Assembly: GCA_965287045.1 (NCBI GenBank)
Contig: OZ336885.1
Location: 32,302,001 to 32,366,000, forward strand
Direction of reading: 5' to 3'
DNA from: Carcharhinus amblyrhynchos
Lineage: Eukaryota
Length of the DNA: 64,000 nucleotides
A program made the translations under genes and the position numbers. The notes under the pieces were generated by a model, which saw nothing but the letters and a program-made list of their open reading frames with translations, ran no database searches and was not told the DNA's origin. Below are positions 1-13,248 of the stretch, in pieces. Every line of letters begins with the position of its first letter. Position 1 is the stretch's first letter.

Positions 1-482
1 ATCTCTTAAAAAAAAAAGCACCTCTGGCCAACATACTGGTTCCCGCAGCTCCATCCCGCACCAGCTCATTTTTCCAAAGGAGGCATGTGGTACAGGCAGG
101 GCTACCCGTTCATAATTGGTGGATTTTCTAGTTAGCTTTCAGATTGCCATAGATGGCAGATGGCCTCCCATCAGCAGGTGGGGAAGTCAGGTCTCTAGCC
201 TGGCTTCGAGGCTTTCCGGCTGCCTTGTGGGGATGTTTCTTTCCCAGCCCTGCCCCACAACCACCAACACCATCCCCACCTCCCCTCCCCCGCCCCCGCC
301 CAGCCCTCAGTGGAGGCCTAGCTGCAAAGTCCAGCTTTTTTTTTTAAATTTTAAAAAGTGGCAAAGCTGGGACAAGAATTGAAATTTCCCCAGCACGTTT
401 GGAAAACTGCAAGTTTCTTCCTTTGTCACATGCCACCTGATCCCTCTCCCTCTCCCGGCAGATTGGCAGTAAAATTTCACCC
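1..482. mobile_element. Right part of a GC-rich non-autonomous DNA transposon (PIF/Harbinger-like MITE), truncated by the window start
   Basis: Ends in AAAATTTCACCC followed by TTA. This matches the GGGYGGAATTTT/AAAATTCCRCCC termini of the other MITEs in the window and the TWA target typical of PIF/Harbinger. Confidence 0.45.
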
Positions 483-1964
483 TTACAGATGCTTTGTTTG
501 ACTGAGTTAACTTCTAACAGTGGCAGCTTGCATGCACTGAGTGGGCGGGCGGGGAGGGGGGTGTGTCTAAGGATTTGTGCATAAATGCATCAGAAATAAA
601 AAGTTAATCATGTCAAAACTACAATTTTGAATCAAAAATGAAAATGTTAGAAATGAACAATGGGTCCAATTGCGCTACATTTTGAAGGGGTCCTCTTTCA
701 CGTAGTTTCTTCCGATGGGCTGAAGCCAAAGGGTGAACTGACCGACCTGTTCTCTCTCCATTTACATTGAGCTGGACCCTGCACAGGGAAATTTTGCTTC
801 TTTAAAACCATTGTGTCTTGGAACGTGGACCATCAGTTGGTTGGGTGACAACTGAGGATGATACTGAGAGAGCTAACAGGGTGTGCTGAGATGTTAGAGG
901 AATGGTGGGAAGGCAAGTCAATGAGCCAAAGTCTCGCAATTTTATTTTACACGTGAATTCTGTACTTAAGGATACATAATTGGAAGGGTGTGAGCAATCT
1001 CCACATCGATAGCAAGTCAGAGGATTATTTGCTTTTGAACACAATTAGGTAGACACATTCTTCAGTGCTATGCAATCAGAGAAAAACTGAAAATCAAAAA
1101 GAAAGGTTTTCTGTAATCACGGGTGAATAAAAAGAGGGGAAAAAACACCCAACGAACGAGAGCAAACAAAAGATTAAAGAACGTAACAAAAAAAAGGAAG
1201 ATGAAAATCGATTGGTCACTCAATGGTTACTAAATGATAGAATCGCAGGCTTAATATAATCAATAGGCTTCAAGTACATGACAGCACAAAAATCTTCAAG
1301 ATATGCTATAACCGTAACCAAGTCCATACAAAAAAGAAACACTTGACACTTCCTAGCAATGCGGTAGAGAATATAATGATTTTTATCTTTGCATTCAGGC
1401 AGAACATTTTTTTGGCACTTGTACAGAGCCTATCGGCTTTAATTAAATATTTTCTTAATAAAAAAGAATCCAATTTGAATTCTGTGCCCAGTTGTAGAGA
1501 GCACTTTTAAAACAGCTGGCACGTCACCGAAAATAACCCAACTGGCTCGCTGGCTCATAAAATTGTGACACATCTGCCATTCATCTCACTGCTGGAATCA
1601 ATACCATAGCCTCTGCTGACACCGGCTCAGTATCTGGAGCCATCTGTCAATTAGCACAACATGGACTTGAAAAGATTTAGCAAGTTATGTAGGCAGGTAA
1701 AAAAGAAAAGAAATCATCAAATCCCAAATGTCAGGATTAACCCCTCCTTTGGAAATTGAAAAAGATAAAATATTCATGAAATGTGAAAGACGTATCAGTT
1801 TTGTCAATTCCTTTTAGATTTTCACTGACCCTTTCTGTAAGTGTGTGTATTAAACTTTTCATGAGTACCCTAATGATACACTTCAAAGGCTTCCACCATA
1901 TGACTGTTGATTATCTGTTGCAGTAGGTTACAAGAAAGCATCTCACTGTCTTAAATAATAGAAG

Positions 1965-2490
1965 TTTTACTTTATTCATTCATGGAGTAAAGGAGTCACT
2001 GATAACCAACATATATTGCCCTTGAGAAAGCGGGGTCTGGTAGGGAGTTTTAGAATTTAGACCCAATGATAATGAACGAATGGGAATATTTTTCCAAGTC
2101 AGGAAGTTATGTGACTTGAAGTGAAACTTGCAATTGATGGTGTTCCTATACATCTGCTATACTTATTCTTTTAGATGGTAGATGCCAAGGCCAGAATTCT
2201 CCCCCCAACCACGGGAATTATAGGAGGCAGGAAGAGGGGGCAGACCATACAAAGGTCCACTGACTTCGAGCATGATTCTCTGGTTTTGAGGTGAGCGCAG
2301 AAGAATCCCACCCCAAATATTTGGAAGGTGCTGTCAATAAAGCTGTGACAAGTTGCTGCAGTGCATCTTGTGAATGGTACACACTGCTGCCATTATGTGA
2401 GGAGAGTTGCCAATCAAGTAGGCTGCTTTGTCCTTGAGTGCTGTTGGAACTGTATTCATTCAGGCAAATGCAGAGTATTCTACCTGTCAC
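1965..2490 (-). mobile_element. Decayed 3' end of a CR1-like LINE (family B), interrupted by a MITE
   Basis: Reverse complement resembles the 3' end at 8750-9210 (GCAGCAGTGTGTACCATTCACAAGATGCACTGCAGCAAC) and the shared ...ATGAATGAATAAA tail. Confidence 0.7.
2189..2314 (-). mobile_element. ~125-bp MITE copy 1
   Basis: Core CAGACCATACAAAGGTCCACTGAC is the reverse complement of the GTCAATGGACCTTTGCATGGTCTG core at 19439-19565; decayed terminal inverted repeats. Confidence 0.7.
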
Positions 2491-3029
2491 AATGATGTGA
2501 CTTATGCAGGATTGGTATTAATCTTTAATTTTTTTTCGACTGATCAAACATGCATTAAACTATTTAAAAAGGACTTCTAAAAAACAAGCAAATGCACAGA
2601 CTTGAGATGGCTGCTACAAGTTAACTGATACCTGCTATCACCAGTTAACCAGCTTTCTGGAAGTACAAATAAAGCATGTAGCAATATCCTCATAAAACTC
2701 CACACATGCTGATGTCAAGAAATATGTCAAAAGGTTTACTGAAGCTGTACTGGACCTCACATTTGTACTTATATAAATGGAGACAAAAAGTCTACAGAAC
2801 AATAGCTATATGGAAAGGTGCTCTTCATATCTCCCAAAGATGGGTAATGAATCATTCAGAAGATAACACGCAGGACATTACAGACTATGGGATATTAGCC
2901 ACAGTCTGTTTGGATTTTAGCTGAGCAAGTGCAACATGGGATGGGCAATAAATATTGGCTGAGTGACATTAACATCCTGTCAGTGTACTTAAAAAATTCC
3001 TTCTGAAATCATCTTGGGGAGAGAGGTTT

Positions 3030-3968
3030 GGGGAAATTTCCCCCCAAAATTTTGAAGTGTCATGACAGTGAGAAACATGGGGTGAACTGTAACAGTCTTT
3101 CAGGGTCGCTTCGTACTGCAATCTTTCGACACTCAGACTTTTTTTGCAGAGTTGGGAGCTTGGCACCAGTACGATGGGGGGGTGCCTAAACACGCCTGCT
3201 TCACAGCACTCAGTCCCACTATTTCGCAAGGATGCCTGATCTCATGGTGCACCAGGAGGCTCCCTCCTACCCTACACGGACATCGGACTTCCCCCCCGAT
3301 GTTACATCCCGACATGGGTTGCCCACACTGTGACATCAGGGCCCTCCTGATGGATCTCCTAGCTGACCCCTGATATGCTCCCCTCCCTGTCATGACTCTC
3401 ATTGTGATCCATCCCTGTAAGATCCTTCTGCATATCCTCCCTGCATAGCTCCGCCCACCTCACCCCCCCCCCCCCCATCATCACCCCAACCCAAGACCCA
3501 CCCACCTGGCATTGCCCAGTGGGGATTGATGTTGGCTGCTGAGATGCCTGGTGGGTACACTGCTGAGGTGTCTGGTGGGCACTGCCCAATGGGCATTGCC
3601 CAGCCATGCCCCTGACCACCTGGGGGCTTTGATGACCTCTCAGCCCCCCAGAGTAGCCAACTTACCACATCTGTGCTAGTGCAGACCAGTAGTGATTCAC
3701 GGGACATTTCGCTGGAGACGTGGGAAGTATCTGGGAAGGGGGAAGAAAGCGTACCGAACTCCCAAATGATAATGAACTCCAGTCAATCTTATGCTAATAC
3801 GTTTTTGCACCCTTTTTTGGGCGAGAAGTGACTTGTGTCACTCAAAAGAGGCTGGGGAGATAGCAAACTATTTTGCGCTGGGCGTGAATCAGATTTTTAG
3901 CTTCACACACTATATTCCCAGCTTGTTACACTGATCACCGGGCACAGCAAGATGGTAAATTCGTGCCC
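3030..3968. mobile_element. ~0.9-kb GC-rich non-autonomous Harbinger-like DNA transposon
   Basis: Imperfect TIRs GGGGAAATTTCCC ... GGTAAATTCGTGCCC; C-rich interior with TGCCCA/TGGGCA motifs resembling the element at ~40000-41112. Confidence 0.5.
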
Positions 3969-4719
3969 GTAATGTGACTGGAAAATGATTTTTAAAATTA
4001 GTATTCATACAGTATGCAAGCCATTAAGAAACCTACCAATGGGATTCAGTAGTATTCCTCTCCCTTTCTCTCTGAGGGACAGGACCTACATCTATACAGT
4101 TTAAAAATCCAGCACAGAGATCAAGAATTTCTATCAAAAGGAATCACAGTTGCACAAAAAAATCATCAACTTCAGGGGAAGACAGATTATATTTGAAAAA
4201 GAAATTGTCGCCAGTAAATGCAGTTATACTTTGGCTTCTACTACTGGAATTTCAAGATCAGTGGAGAAAAATCTGCCACAGATACCAGTGAAGCACTCAT
4301 AACAGTGTTTTTATCTTTTCACATTGAACTTTAATTTGGCTAAGAAAGGTACTTCCTACTAGAAATCTTGCAATTTTGGCATACTTGTATATGTGTGTGT
4401 ATTATGAGGGTTAGGCATGGGTTTACCTTTTAAAATACTTTTACATCCTTGCCTAGGTGGATTTTTCAAGAAAGCTCACCTGACTAGTTTCTTGGCAATC
4501 AGCATATGAATGGTTAAGCACCAACACTGAGTAAATACCTTCTTCCTACGCTCACAAAAAAATACCCTGTTATAGTCAGACTTGGAGTGGTAGGATGGGG
4601 CAGTCATTTTAATTGAATTGTGGGTTGTAAATGGTTTACAGGTTTCGGGGAATTAAGAGATGGGTCGTGCCATGCAGAATATCTAGCATGCGATTCTTGT
4701 ATTCTGCTCCAATTAGGCT

Positions 4720-5550
4720 TTGCATCAATGATGACTCCTAAGGATTTTGGATGGTGGTAGATTCAGCAATGGTAAGAGAGTTGAGTGTCAAGGGCACCTG
4801 GTTAGACTTCATCTTACTGAAGATGGTCAGTGTGACATGAGCTTTGCTTGCCAAGTCTGAACGTTATCCAGATCTTGTTGCATGCAGGCACAGAGTTTTC
4901 AGTGTTTGAGGAGATGTGAATGGAACTGAACACCATGAAATAATCAGCAAACATCTGTATTTCTGAATTCTGAAGGCTCTTGACAAAGCAGCTGTAAATG
5001 GTTAGGCTTCTGTCCTGAGGAAAGTTTGAGGCCATGATCTGAAACATCTGGAGTTGAAATGACTGGCCTCCAACAACCACAACCCATTTTGTTTGATACT
5101 GGGTTTGGCTTCAGTGGAGAGGAACCTCCCAGATTCCCATTGACTTCAATTCTACTCAGGTCTCTTGATGCCATACTTGGTCAGATGATGCCTTGATGTC
5201 AAGGGCAGTCACTTTGATATAATCTCACCTCTGAGACTCAGCTCTTTTGTCCAGGTTTGGACAAGGGCTTAACTGAGGTCTGGAGCCTATTCTTCCTGAC
5301 AGAGACCAAACTGAGTACCGGAGAGCAAGATATTGATGATGAACATTTGCCTCAATGCACTTGTCAATGATATCTTCCATCAATTTGTTTATGACTAAGA
5401 GGTGGTGACTGGTTGGACAAGATTTGGCCTGGACATGTCTGAGATGTTTTTCACTTTGTCAAGTGGATACCAGCGGTGCACAGTAAATGTCTAGGTTAAG
5501 GGATGCAGTCGGTTCAGGAGAAAATGTTTCCAGCACATTAGCTGGAATAT
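4720..5550 (-). mobile_element. Decayed CR1-like LINE (family B) reverse-transcriptase fragment
   Basis: Minus strand gives TALDIKASSDQVW and QMFADYFMVFSSIHISSNTENS, homologous to the RT at 6230-6370 and 8300-8480. Confidence 0.75.
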
Positions 5551-5989
5551 ACAATCATCACAAACACTTGTTTATAAAGTAAGCAGGTGACAATCATAAA
5601 ATATTACGGCACAAATGTCACTGTGCAGGAATAAAAACCGATCTTTAGAAGCTGTGGAACAAAATTTCCAGCTGGATATTAAGAAACACTTAAGCGCTAC
5701 TTTAATCAAGTTTTAAATGAGTTTTTCATGGGATGCAGGAAGATGATCAGGGATATTAATCTGACAATGTGAGTAATTGACATCCAAGCTCATTTCACCA
5801 ACAATGGCATGTTATCCATCACTTTATTCAGCATAATCACTTCTGTGATCATTCACATGTACTATATAAATTACAGTATGGATTTCAGTTTTTGTGGACG
5901 AAAAAGAACTTTTATCATCATTAATACATTGCATGGTATGCATATATGACTGCGGGAGAATATGAACTCAACACCATGGGCAACATTCC

Positions 5990-8900
5990 ACAGCACTGCT
6001 GAATGTGGAAAACTGTCCAGGCATATTCACCTCACAAAATGCAGGCCAAATCCAATCTGGCCAACATTCTACTCCTGATCATCAGCAAAGTAATGGAAAG
6101 AGTCATCAACGGTGATTTCAGGAGACATTTACACAGCAATAACCTGCTCACTGATACTCAGTTTGGGTGCTGCCAGGGCTAGTCAACTTCTAACTTCATT
6201 ACAGCCTTGGTTCAAACATGGACAAAAGAGCTGAACTCGAGAGGTGAGGTGAGTGTGATTGCCCTTGACATCAAGGCAGCATTTGACCGAGTGTGGTAAC
6301 AAGGGGCTCTAGAAAACAGAAGACAATGGGAATCAGAGGGAAAACTCTCCACTGGTTGGAGTTATACTTTGTAGAGTCATTGAGTTTTACAGCATGGAAG
6401 CGAGCCCTCTGGCCCAACTTGTCCACGTGGCCCCTTTGTTTAAAACCCCTAAGCTAATCCCAATTGACTGCATTTGGCCCAGATCCCTCAATACCCATCG
6501 TACCCATGTAACTATCAAAATGCTTTTTAAAAGACAAAATTGTATCTGCCTCTGCTACCACCTCTGGCAGCTTGTTCCAGACACTCACCACCCTCTGTAT
6601 GAAAAAATTGCTCCTCTGGACACTTTTGTATCTCTCCCCTCTCTCCTTAATCCTATGTCCTCCAGTTTTACACTCCCCTACATTTGGGAAAAGATATTGA
6701 CTATGTACCTTATCTATGCCCCTCATTATTTTATAGACCTCTATAAGGTCATCCCTCAGCCTCCTACACTCCAGAGAAAAAAGTCCCAGTCTATCCAGCC
6801 TCTCCTTATAACTCAATCCATCAAGTCCCGATAGCATCCTAATAAATCTTTTCTGCACTCTTTCTAGTTTAATAATATCCTTTCTATAACAGGGTGACCA
6901 GAACTGCACACAGTATTCCAAATGGCCTTACCAATGTCATTTACAACTTTAACAAGTTGTCCCAACTACTGTATTAATGTTCTGACCAATGAAATCAAGT
7001 ATGCTGAATGCCTTCCTCAACACTCTGTCCACCTGTGACTCCACTTTCAAGGGGCTATGAACATGTACCCCGAGATCTCTTTGTTCTTAACTCTCCCCAA
7101 CACCCTACCTTTAACTGAGTAAGTCCTCCCCTGGCTCAATCTACCAAAATACATCACCTTGCATTTGTCTAAATTAAACTCTATCTGCCATTCGTCAGCC
7201 CACTGGCCCAATTGATCAAGATCCCGCTGCAATTGGAGATAACTTTCTTCACTGTCCACTATGCCACCAATCTTGGTATCATCGGCAAACTTACTAACCA
7301 TGCCCCTATATTCTCATCCAAATCGTTAACATAAATGACAAATGACAGTGGACCCAGCACTGATCCCTGAGGCACACCGCTGGTCACAGGCCTCCAGTTT
7401 GAAAAACAACCATCTACAATCATCCTCTGGCTTCTGTCAAGAAGCCAATTTTGTATCCATTTAGATACTTCATCCTGGATTCCGAGAGATTTATCCTTAT
7501 GCAACTACCTACCATGTGGTAACTTGTCAAAGGCCTTGCTAAAATCCATGTACACAACATTAACTGCACTGTCCTCATCTACCTTCTTGGTTACCCCTTC
7601 AAAAAACTCAGCCAAATTTGCGAGACATGATTTCCAGTCACAATGCCAAGCTGACTGTCCCTAATCAGTCCTTGCATCTCTAAATGCCTGTCGCTCCGAT
7701 GTCTCAAAATATCTTCCAACAACGTACCCACCGCAGATGTGAGGCTCACTGACCTGTAGTTCCCAGGCTTTTCCCTGCAGCCCTTTTTAAACAAACGCAC
7801 AACATTTGCCACTCTCCAATCTTCAGGCACCTCACCCGTGACTATTGATGATTCAAATATCTCAGCTAGGGTATCTGCAATTTCCTCCCTAGCCTCCCAC
7901 AATGTTCTGGGCTACACTTCATTAGGTCCTCAGTTAAGCCCTTGATGCGCTTCAAGACTTCCAGCACCTCCTTCTCTGGAATACGCACACTCCTTAAGAC
8001 ATCACTATTTATTTCCCCAAGTTCCTTAACATCCATGCTTTGCTCAACAGTAAATACAGATGAGAAATATTCATTTAGGATCTCACCCATCTCTTGTGGA
8101 TTTTTAAGAGGCCCTACTCTCTCCCTTGTTATTCTTTTGTCCTTTATGTATTTTTAGAAGCTTTTTGGATTCTCCTTTGCCTTATCTGCCAAAACAATCT
8201 CATGTCCCCTTTTTGCCCTCCTGATTTCTCTCTTAAATCTACTCCTACTCCTACAATTGAAGATGGTTCCATTTCGGCCCCAGGACTTCCAGGTAGAGCC
8301 CTAGATCCAACTATCTTCAGCTGTTTCATCAATGACCTTCCTCCCACTGTATGGTCTGAAGTAGGAATGTTCACAGATGATTGCACAATGTTCGGCAGCA
8401 TTCGCAAATCCTCAGATACTGAAGCAGTCCCTGTCCATATGCAAAATCTAGACAAGATTCAGAATTGGGCTAATAAACAGCATTTAACATTTGCACCGCG
8501 CAAGTGCCAGACAATAACCATCTCCAACAAGAAAGAATCTATCCATCTCCCATTGTCATTCAATAGCATTACCATCACTGAATCCTCCACTATCAACATC
8601 CTGGGCCTTACAATTGATCAGAAACTGAACTGAACCAGTGTATAAATCTTGTCCCTACATTAGCAATCAGAGGTTGGGTTTTCTGTGGAGGGTAGACCAT
8701 TTCCCAACTCCGAAAGAATCTTCACCAACTATAAGGCACAAGTCAGTAGTGTGATGGAACACTCTGTCCTGGATGAGTGCAGCTCCAGCAATTCTCAAGG
8801 AGCTCCACACCATCCAAGACAAAGCAAACCTACTTGATTGGCACACCAACCAACTCTTTCAACATCCACTTTTTCCATCCCTGATGCACAGTGGAAACAG

Positions 8901-9210
8901 TGTGTACAATCTATAAGATGCATGGCAGCAACTCTGCAAGGCTTTTTCAAAACCTGTGGTCTATATACCATCTAGAAGGACAACAACAGCAGGTACATGG
9001 TAACACCACCACCTGAAAGCTCCCATCCAAGTCAGGCACCATCCTGACTTGGAAACCTATTGCTGTTGCTTCACTGTCACTGAATCAAATATTATCAGTG
9101 TTCCAGCACGATATGGACTTTAGCAGTTCAAGAAAGTGGTTCAGCACCACCTTCCCAAGGGCAATTAGGAAAGGGCAATGAACCCTGGCCGAGCCAGTAA
9201 TGCCCGTGAC
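5990..9210 (+). mobile_element. CR1-like LINE (family B), RT to 3' end, split by a younger CR1 at 6373-8250
   Basis: Left part encodes IALDIKAAFDRVW. Right part encodes PTIFSCFINDLPPTVWSEVGMFTDDCTMF (F(A/T)DD RT motif) and ends with the GGGCAATTAGG...GGGCAAT tail. Frameshifts and stops are present. Confidence 0.85.
6373..8250 (-). mobile_element. 5'-truncated HER1/CR1 LINE (RT pseudogene plus 3' UTR)
   Basis: ORF pieces [56 protein letters not shown] and EYCVQFWSPCYRKDIIKLERVQKRF, broken by several frameshifts; ends in the ATGACTCT tail. Confidence 0.95.
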
Positions 9211-10875
9211 TCTTTATTATATAAAGTTACAAATTCAGTTACAAACTTTACTATAGGAGAAAACAATTTAATACATTAAAATTCTAATTAGAGGACAGAT
9301 ATGCACACAAAAGCGTATTTACATAACCTTCAATTAAGAAGTAAACACTTCAATCAGTAAATGCAGATAAACCACAACCCACAACATTACCAGTTTTATT
9401 AAAGATAAATAAATTGAAGCAAAGAATGGAAAGAAATTTGAAGATAATTCACAAGCACTGCTATAATGTCAAAATGCACACTCCAACAGTATTCCTGCTC
9501 TTCCAGGTCTCACAAAATAATTCTGCAGTTAATTTGGTTAAGCATCTTTAGCCCCATCGCTCAGGGAGTAAATCACAGGATACATGGCACAGCCTCTAAT
9601 CAATTCCGTCCTGTGGTACTGACCTGCATGTCAGAATGGGCCCCAGTGTACAAGACCGGACACCTTCCAGACGGAAGGTCCCTTGTAAAATGTTGCTGAC
9701 CTTTTTATTAGAGTTCATGAAGTGATATAGCTGCTGATCCATTTTCAGTAAAAGAAATATCTGGGTTCGCATTAACAAACAACTGTGACTCACCTTCAAG
9801 AGTTCTAAACTGAATTAAACTTAGGGCATCTTAAAGTTGAACGAGAAATACAGAGTTTCTTTTGCATCTACGTCTGCAACGTCACATATTTCAATGAGAA
9901 AGAATATTAAATAATTAATGGTACCTGCAAACATCATTGTGCATCTTGGCCAATTTTTCATTCAAGCTTATTTGAACTGCAATAATCGTGCTGAAAATTA
10001 AGTTGCTAAATCGTTTAATTTAGTTGAAATACAGTGTGTGTGCTGGGTAAAATAAAATGAGCAAATGAATATGAAAGATTAACGAGTCTCGCAAACCGGA
10101 AAAGTAATTTACAAGCCTTTTGTTGATAAAGAATATTAAATAAGCATGAAATTAAAAGCAAAACTAAGATCCTAATAAGTCCACACAATGAGCACCATGG
10201 CAGAAGAAATGCTGGCTTTATAATTTTTGTTCTTCAAAATTCTAATTGCTAGTTCAAAGTTGGCTGATTATTAGCACTGTTTGAATGAAGCTCTATCAGG
10301 AACACGCACAGTACAATAATCATGTGTATATTTAAATGTTTGTAAATCCTATTAAACTCTACCAAGCCTCAACTAATTGATTGATTAGTGCTTGCATAGA
10401 AAAAAAATTAAATATTTAGACAAATTAAAGAAAATTTATGTGCCATTGAAAACCAATGTTGATACAGATAGAGAGCCTCTGTCCTAGCACAGGCAAGACA
10501 GTAGAAAGAATCCATTTGCTGGGCAGTGATTAGCTCAACTTTATCAATGGTCAAGGTCGCCCAATGAATTCTCATTCCTAAACTGCTTCACAAAACATTA
10601 CTCAAATATTGTGCTTCTAATTGCAAATACAACCCTTGGTTTACACTTTCTTCTTCCAAAGATAATTAATCCTTGTACTTCAACCAAGCAAAATAACCAT
10701 CAAAAATACACCTCGAGCTATAACTTGCCATAATATTTCAAAATGGAAAACAGACCTGCAGCAGTTTGGCCCAAGAAAGAAACAAGAGACAGCCTTGCTG
10801 ATTTTACATCAGGAGGGCAGGATGCCCCACTGATGTGCTGGCACGCGAGAAGGTAAATTTCATTATAGTCATTTA

Positions 10876-11860
10876 GTAGTAAAGAACTTCAGTATTACAA
10901 AAGAAGGATGTGTTGAAGCTTTTCACTTTGCAATCATAAGGGCACTACGCAACGATGCCAATGGGGAAACAACAATCCATACTGCATGAGAAGAGAATGC
11001 CGATTGGATGGCAAGCAGGACCCTGATTCGCAAAGGTGTTACCATGAAGGATGCTCTAGGGGGGTTCTCTATCATGATCTACTGCAAGTCTGCCTTCACT
11101 GGTCAATATATGCATTGGGATTCCTACAGTTCCACATTCTATAAGATGACCTTATCGGCAACTTTGTAAGTAGGGCCCAAAACGTTTGCTCACCATTCAT
11201 GCTTGATGCTGACATAAGGAGCATTAAAGACATCCTGCAGGATACTGGCTATCCTGATCAGATCATTTTGCATGGTATATAGCACAAACGCATAAATGAG
11301 TCACTTTTGGTCCTGAATAGTGCCCAGTCTACTTCGGGTTACCCTGCAAGGATAAGCCTACTTGTGACACTAATACATAAACTTTACTTAGCAACATGAA
11401 TGGTATTCACAATTAATAGGAACTGCCATCAAGCCATAAAGACATTCTGCCTTTCGCACAGATGAATAATGTATTATATGAATTTCAGTGCCAATATGAT
11501 GCTAAGTATATAGGTTGTACATTGCATAGTTTGGTGGATCATATCAATCAGTACGTCCCAGCCACTGTTTGCAAAGGGCAAGGTACGTTTGGTCCTGAAC
11601 AATACCTTGAACATCCAAGGTCAAAGCACCCGGTTCAAATTTCTAACAAGGCTTAGCAGTTATCTGCCAGTCACCATCAACTGTGCATTCTCCATGCAAT
11701 ACCTCTGTCAATCAGGAGTCACTTGCCAAACAATCAGCATTCTTTTCCCCTTCAGTATGGATTGTCGTTTTCCCTTTGTATTGGTTTCTTGTTTTTTGTC
11801 CTAATGAATGCAAGCTTTGACAGGTCACTTCTTTTTCAAGCAATAATAAATTCTATTGCA
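10876..11860 (+). mobile_element. Penelope-like retroelement remnant (RT thumb plus GIY-YIG endonuclease) with an inverted terminal repeat at the 5' side
   Basis: Translates as FTGQYMHWDSYSSTFYK..IKDILQDTGYPDQII and NNVLYEFQCQYDAKYIGCT..INQYVP (VxY...YIG GIY-YIG signature). 10876-11055 is an inverted copy of ~11685-11860. Confidence 0.85.
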
Positions 11861-11899
11861 GGGTGCAGGAGACCAAAAACAAATTTCATTACCATTTGA

Positions 11900-12778
11900 C
11901 TGATAGTTATCTCCAATTGCAACAGGATCTTGATCAATTGGACCAGTGGGCTGACGAATGGCAGATGGAGTTTAATTTAGACAAATGCAAGGTGATGCAT
12001 TTTGGTAGATTGAACCAGGGCAGACTTACTCAGTTAATGGTAGAGTGTTGGGGAGAGTTACAGAACAAAGAGATTTAGGGGTACATGTTCCTAGCTCCTT
12101 GAAAGTGGAGTCACAGGTGGACAGAGTGGTGAAGAACGCATTCGGCATGTTTGGTTTCATTGGTCAGAACATTGAATACAGGAGTTGGGATGTCTTGTTG
12201 AAGTTGTACAAGACATTGATAAGGCCACACTTGGAATACTGTGTGCAAATCTGGTCATCCTCTTATAGAAAGGATATTATTAAACTAGAAAGGGTGCAGA
12301 AAAGATTTACTAGGATGCTAATGGGACTTGATGGATTGAGTTATAAGGAGAGGTTGGATAGACTGGCATCTTTTTCTCTGGAGTGTAGGAAGCTGAGGGG
12401 TGACCTTATAGAGGTCTATAAAATAATGAGGAGCGTAGAAAAGGTAGATGGTCAATATCTTTTCCCAAAGGTAGGGGAGTCTAAAATTAGAGGGCATAGA
12501 TTTAAGGTGAGAGAGGAGGGATGCAAAAGTGTCCAGAGGGGCAACTTTTTCATACAGAGGGTGGTGGGTGGAACAAGCTGCCAGAGGTAGTAGTAGAGGC
12601 AGGAACAATTTTAGCTTTTAAAAAGCATTAGATAGTTACATGGGTACGATGAGCATAGAGTGAACTGGGCCAAATGCAGACAATTGGGATTAGCTTGGGG
12701 GTTTTAAACAAAAAAGGGTGGCGTGGACAAGTTGGGCCGAAGGGTCTGTTTCCATGCTGTAAACCTCTATGACTCTGA
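11900..12778 (+). mobile_element. 5'-truncated HER1/CR1 LINE, same subfamily as 6373-8250
   Basis: QQDLDQLDQWADEWQMEFNLDKCKVMHFG and RPHLEYCVQIWSSSYRKDIIKLERVQKRFTRML; 3' UTR ends CTCTATGACTCT. Confidence 0.95.
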
Positions 12779-13140
12779 GTACATGAGAACATGAGATAAA
12801 GTGATAAAAGTATACGTTAATAAGGTTAGATGAAAATGGATGGGAGTAGGTTTGTGTGGAACATTTTGTGGGCTTTTTTTAAACAGCTGGGGCAAAGTCT
12901 CAATAACATCATCTTTTACAGCCAGGAGGTTTCCTGACTCTCCTACCTCTGTGCTTCCGGCTTGGGAGCAAAAATCCAGGCCCAAGCTATCCAAAATATA
13001 TTTTTAAGAGAACCTCAATTTTAATTTCTTGAAAACTTCCCAGCAGCCAAGGTTGAAAGCAAGTTTCAATTCACCACTGCAAGGATGTAAGGCAAAAAAC
13101 ACCAAATAAATATTGGGAATTTTAAAAACAAAAAATAGTA

Positions 13141-13248
13141 AAGTAAAGCTTATGTATTAGTGTCACAAGTAGGCTTATCCTTGTAGGGTAATCTGAAGTA
13201 GACTGGGCACTGTTCAGGGCCAAAAGTGACTCATTCATGAGTTTGTGC
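13141..13248 (-). repeat. Inverted 108-bp duplicate of 11282-11389 (Penelope fragment plus SINE-tail chimera)
   Basis: Manual alignment shows 8 mismatches in 108 nt, no gaps, and the same Penelope/SINE-tail junction. Confidence 0.85.

Noticed and set aside
9624-9800. Minus-strand donors (CAG/GTCAGT, AAG/GTGAGT) and a small ACCTTCC/GGAAGGT hairpin at 9649-9687
   Set aside because: No matching acceptor gives a recognisable peptide, the upstream candidate has stops in all frames, and the stem is too short to be significant.
6394-12608. Long ORFs of 146-181 aa (6394-6834, 6454-6921, 8094-8633, 12045-12590)
   Set aside because: All are CR1 ORF2 fragments or their antisense shadows, not host genes.
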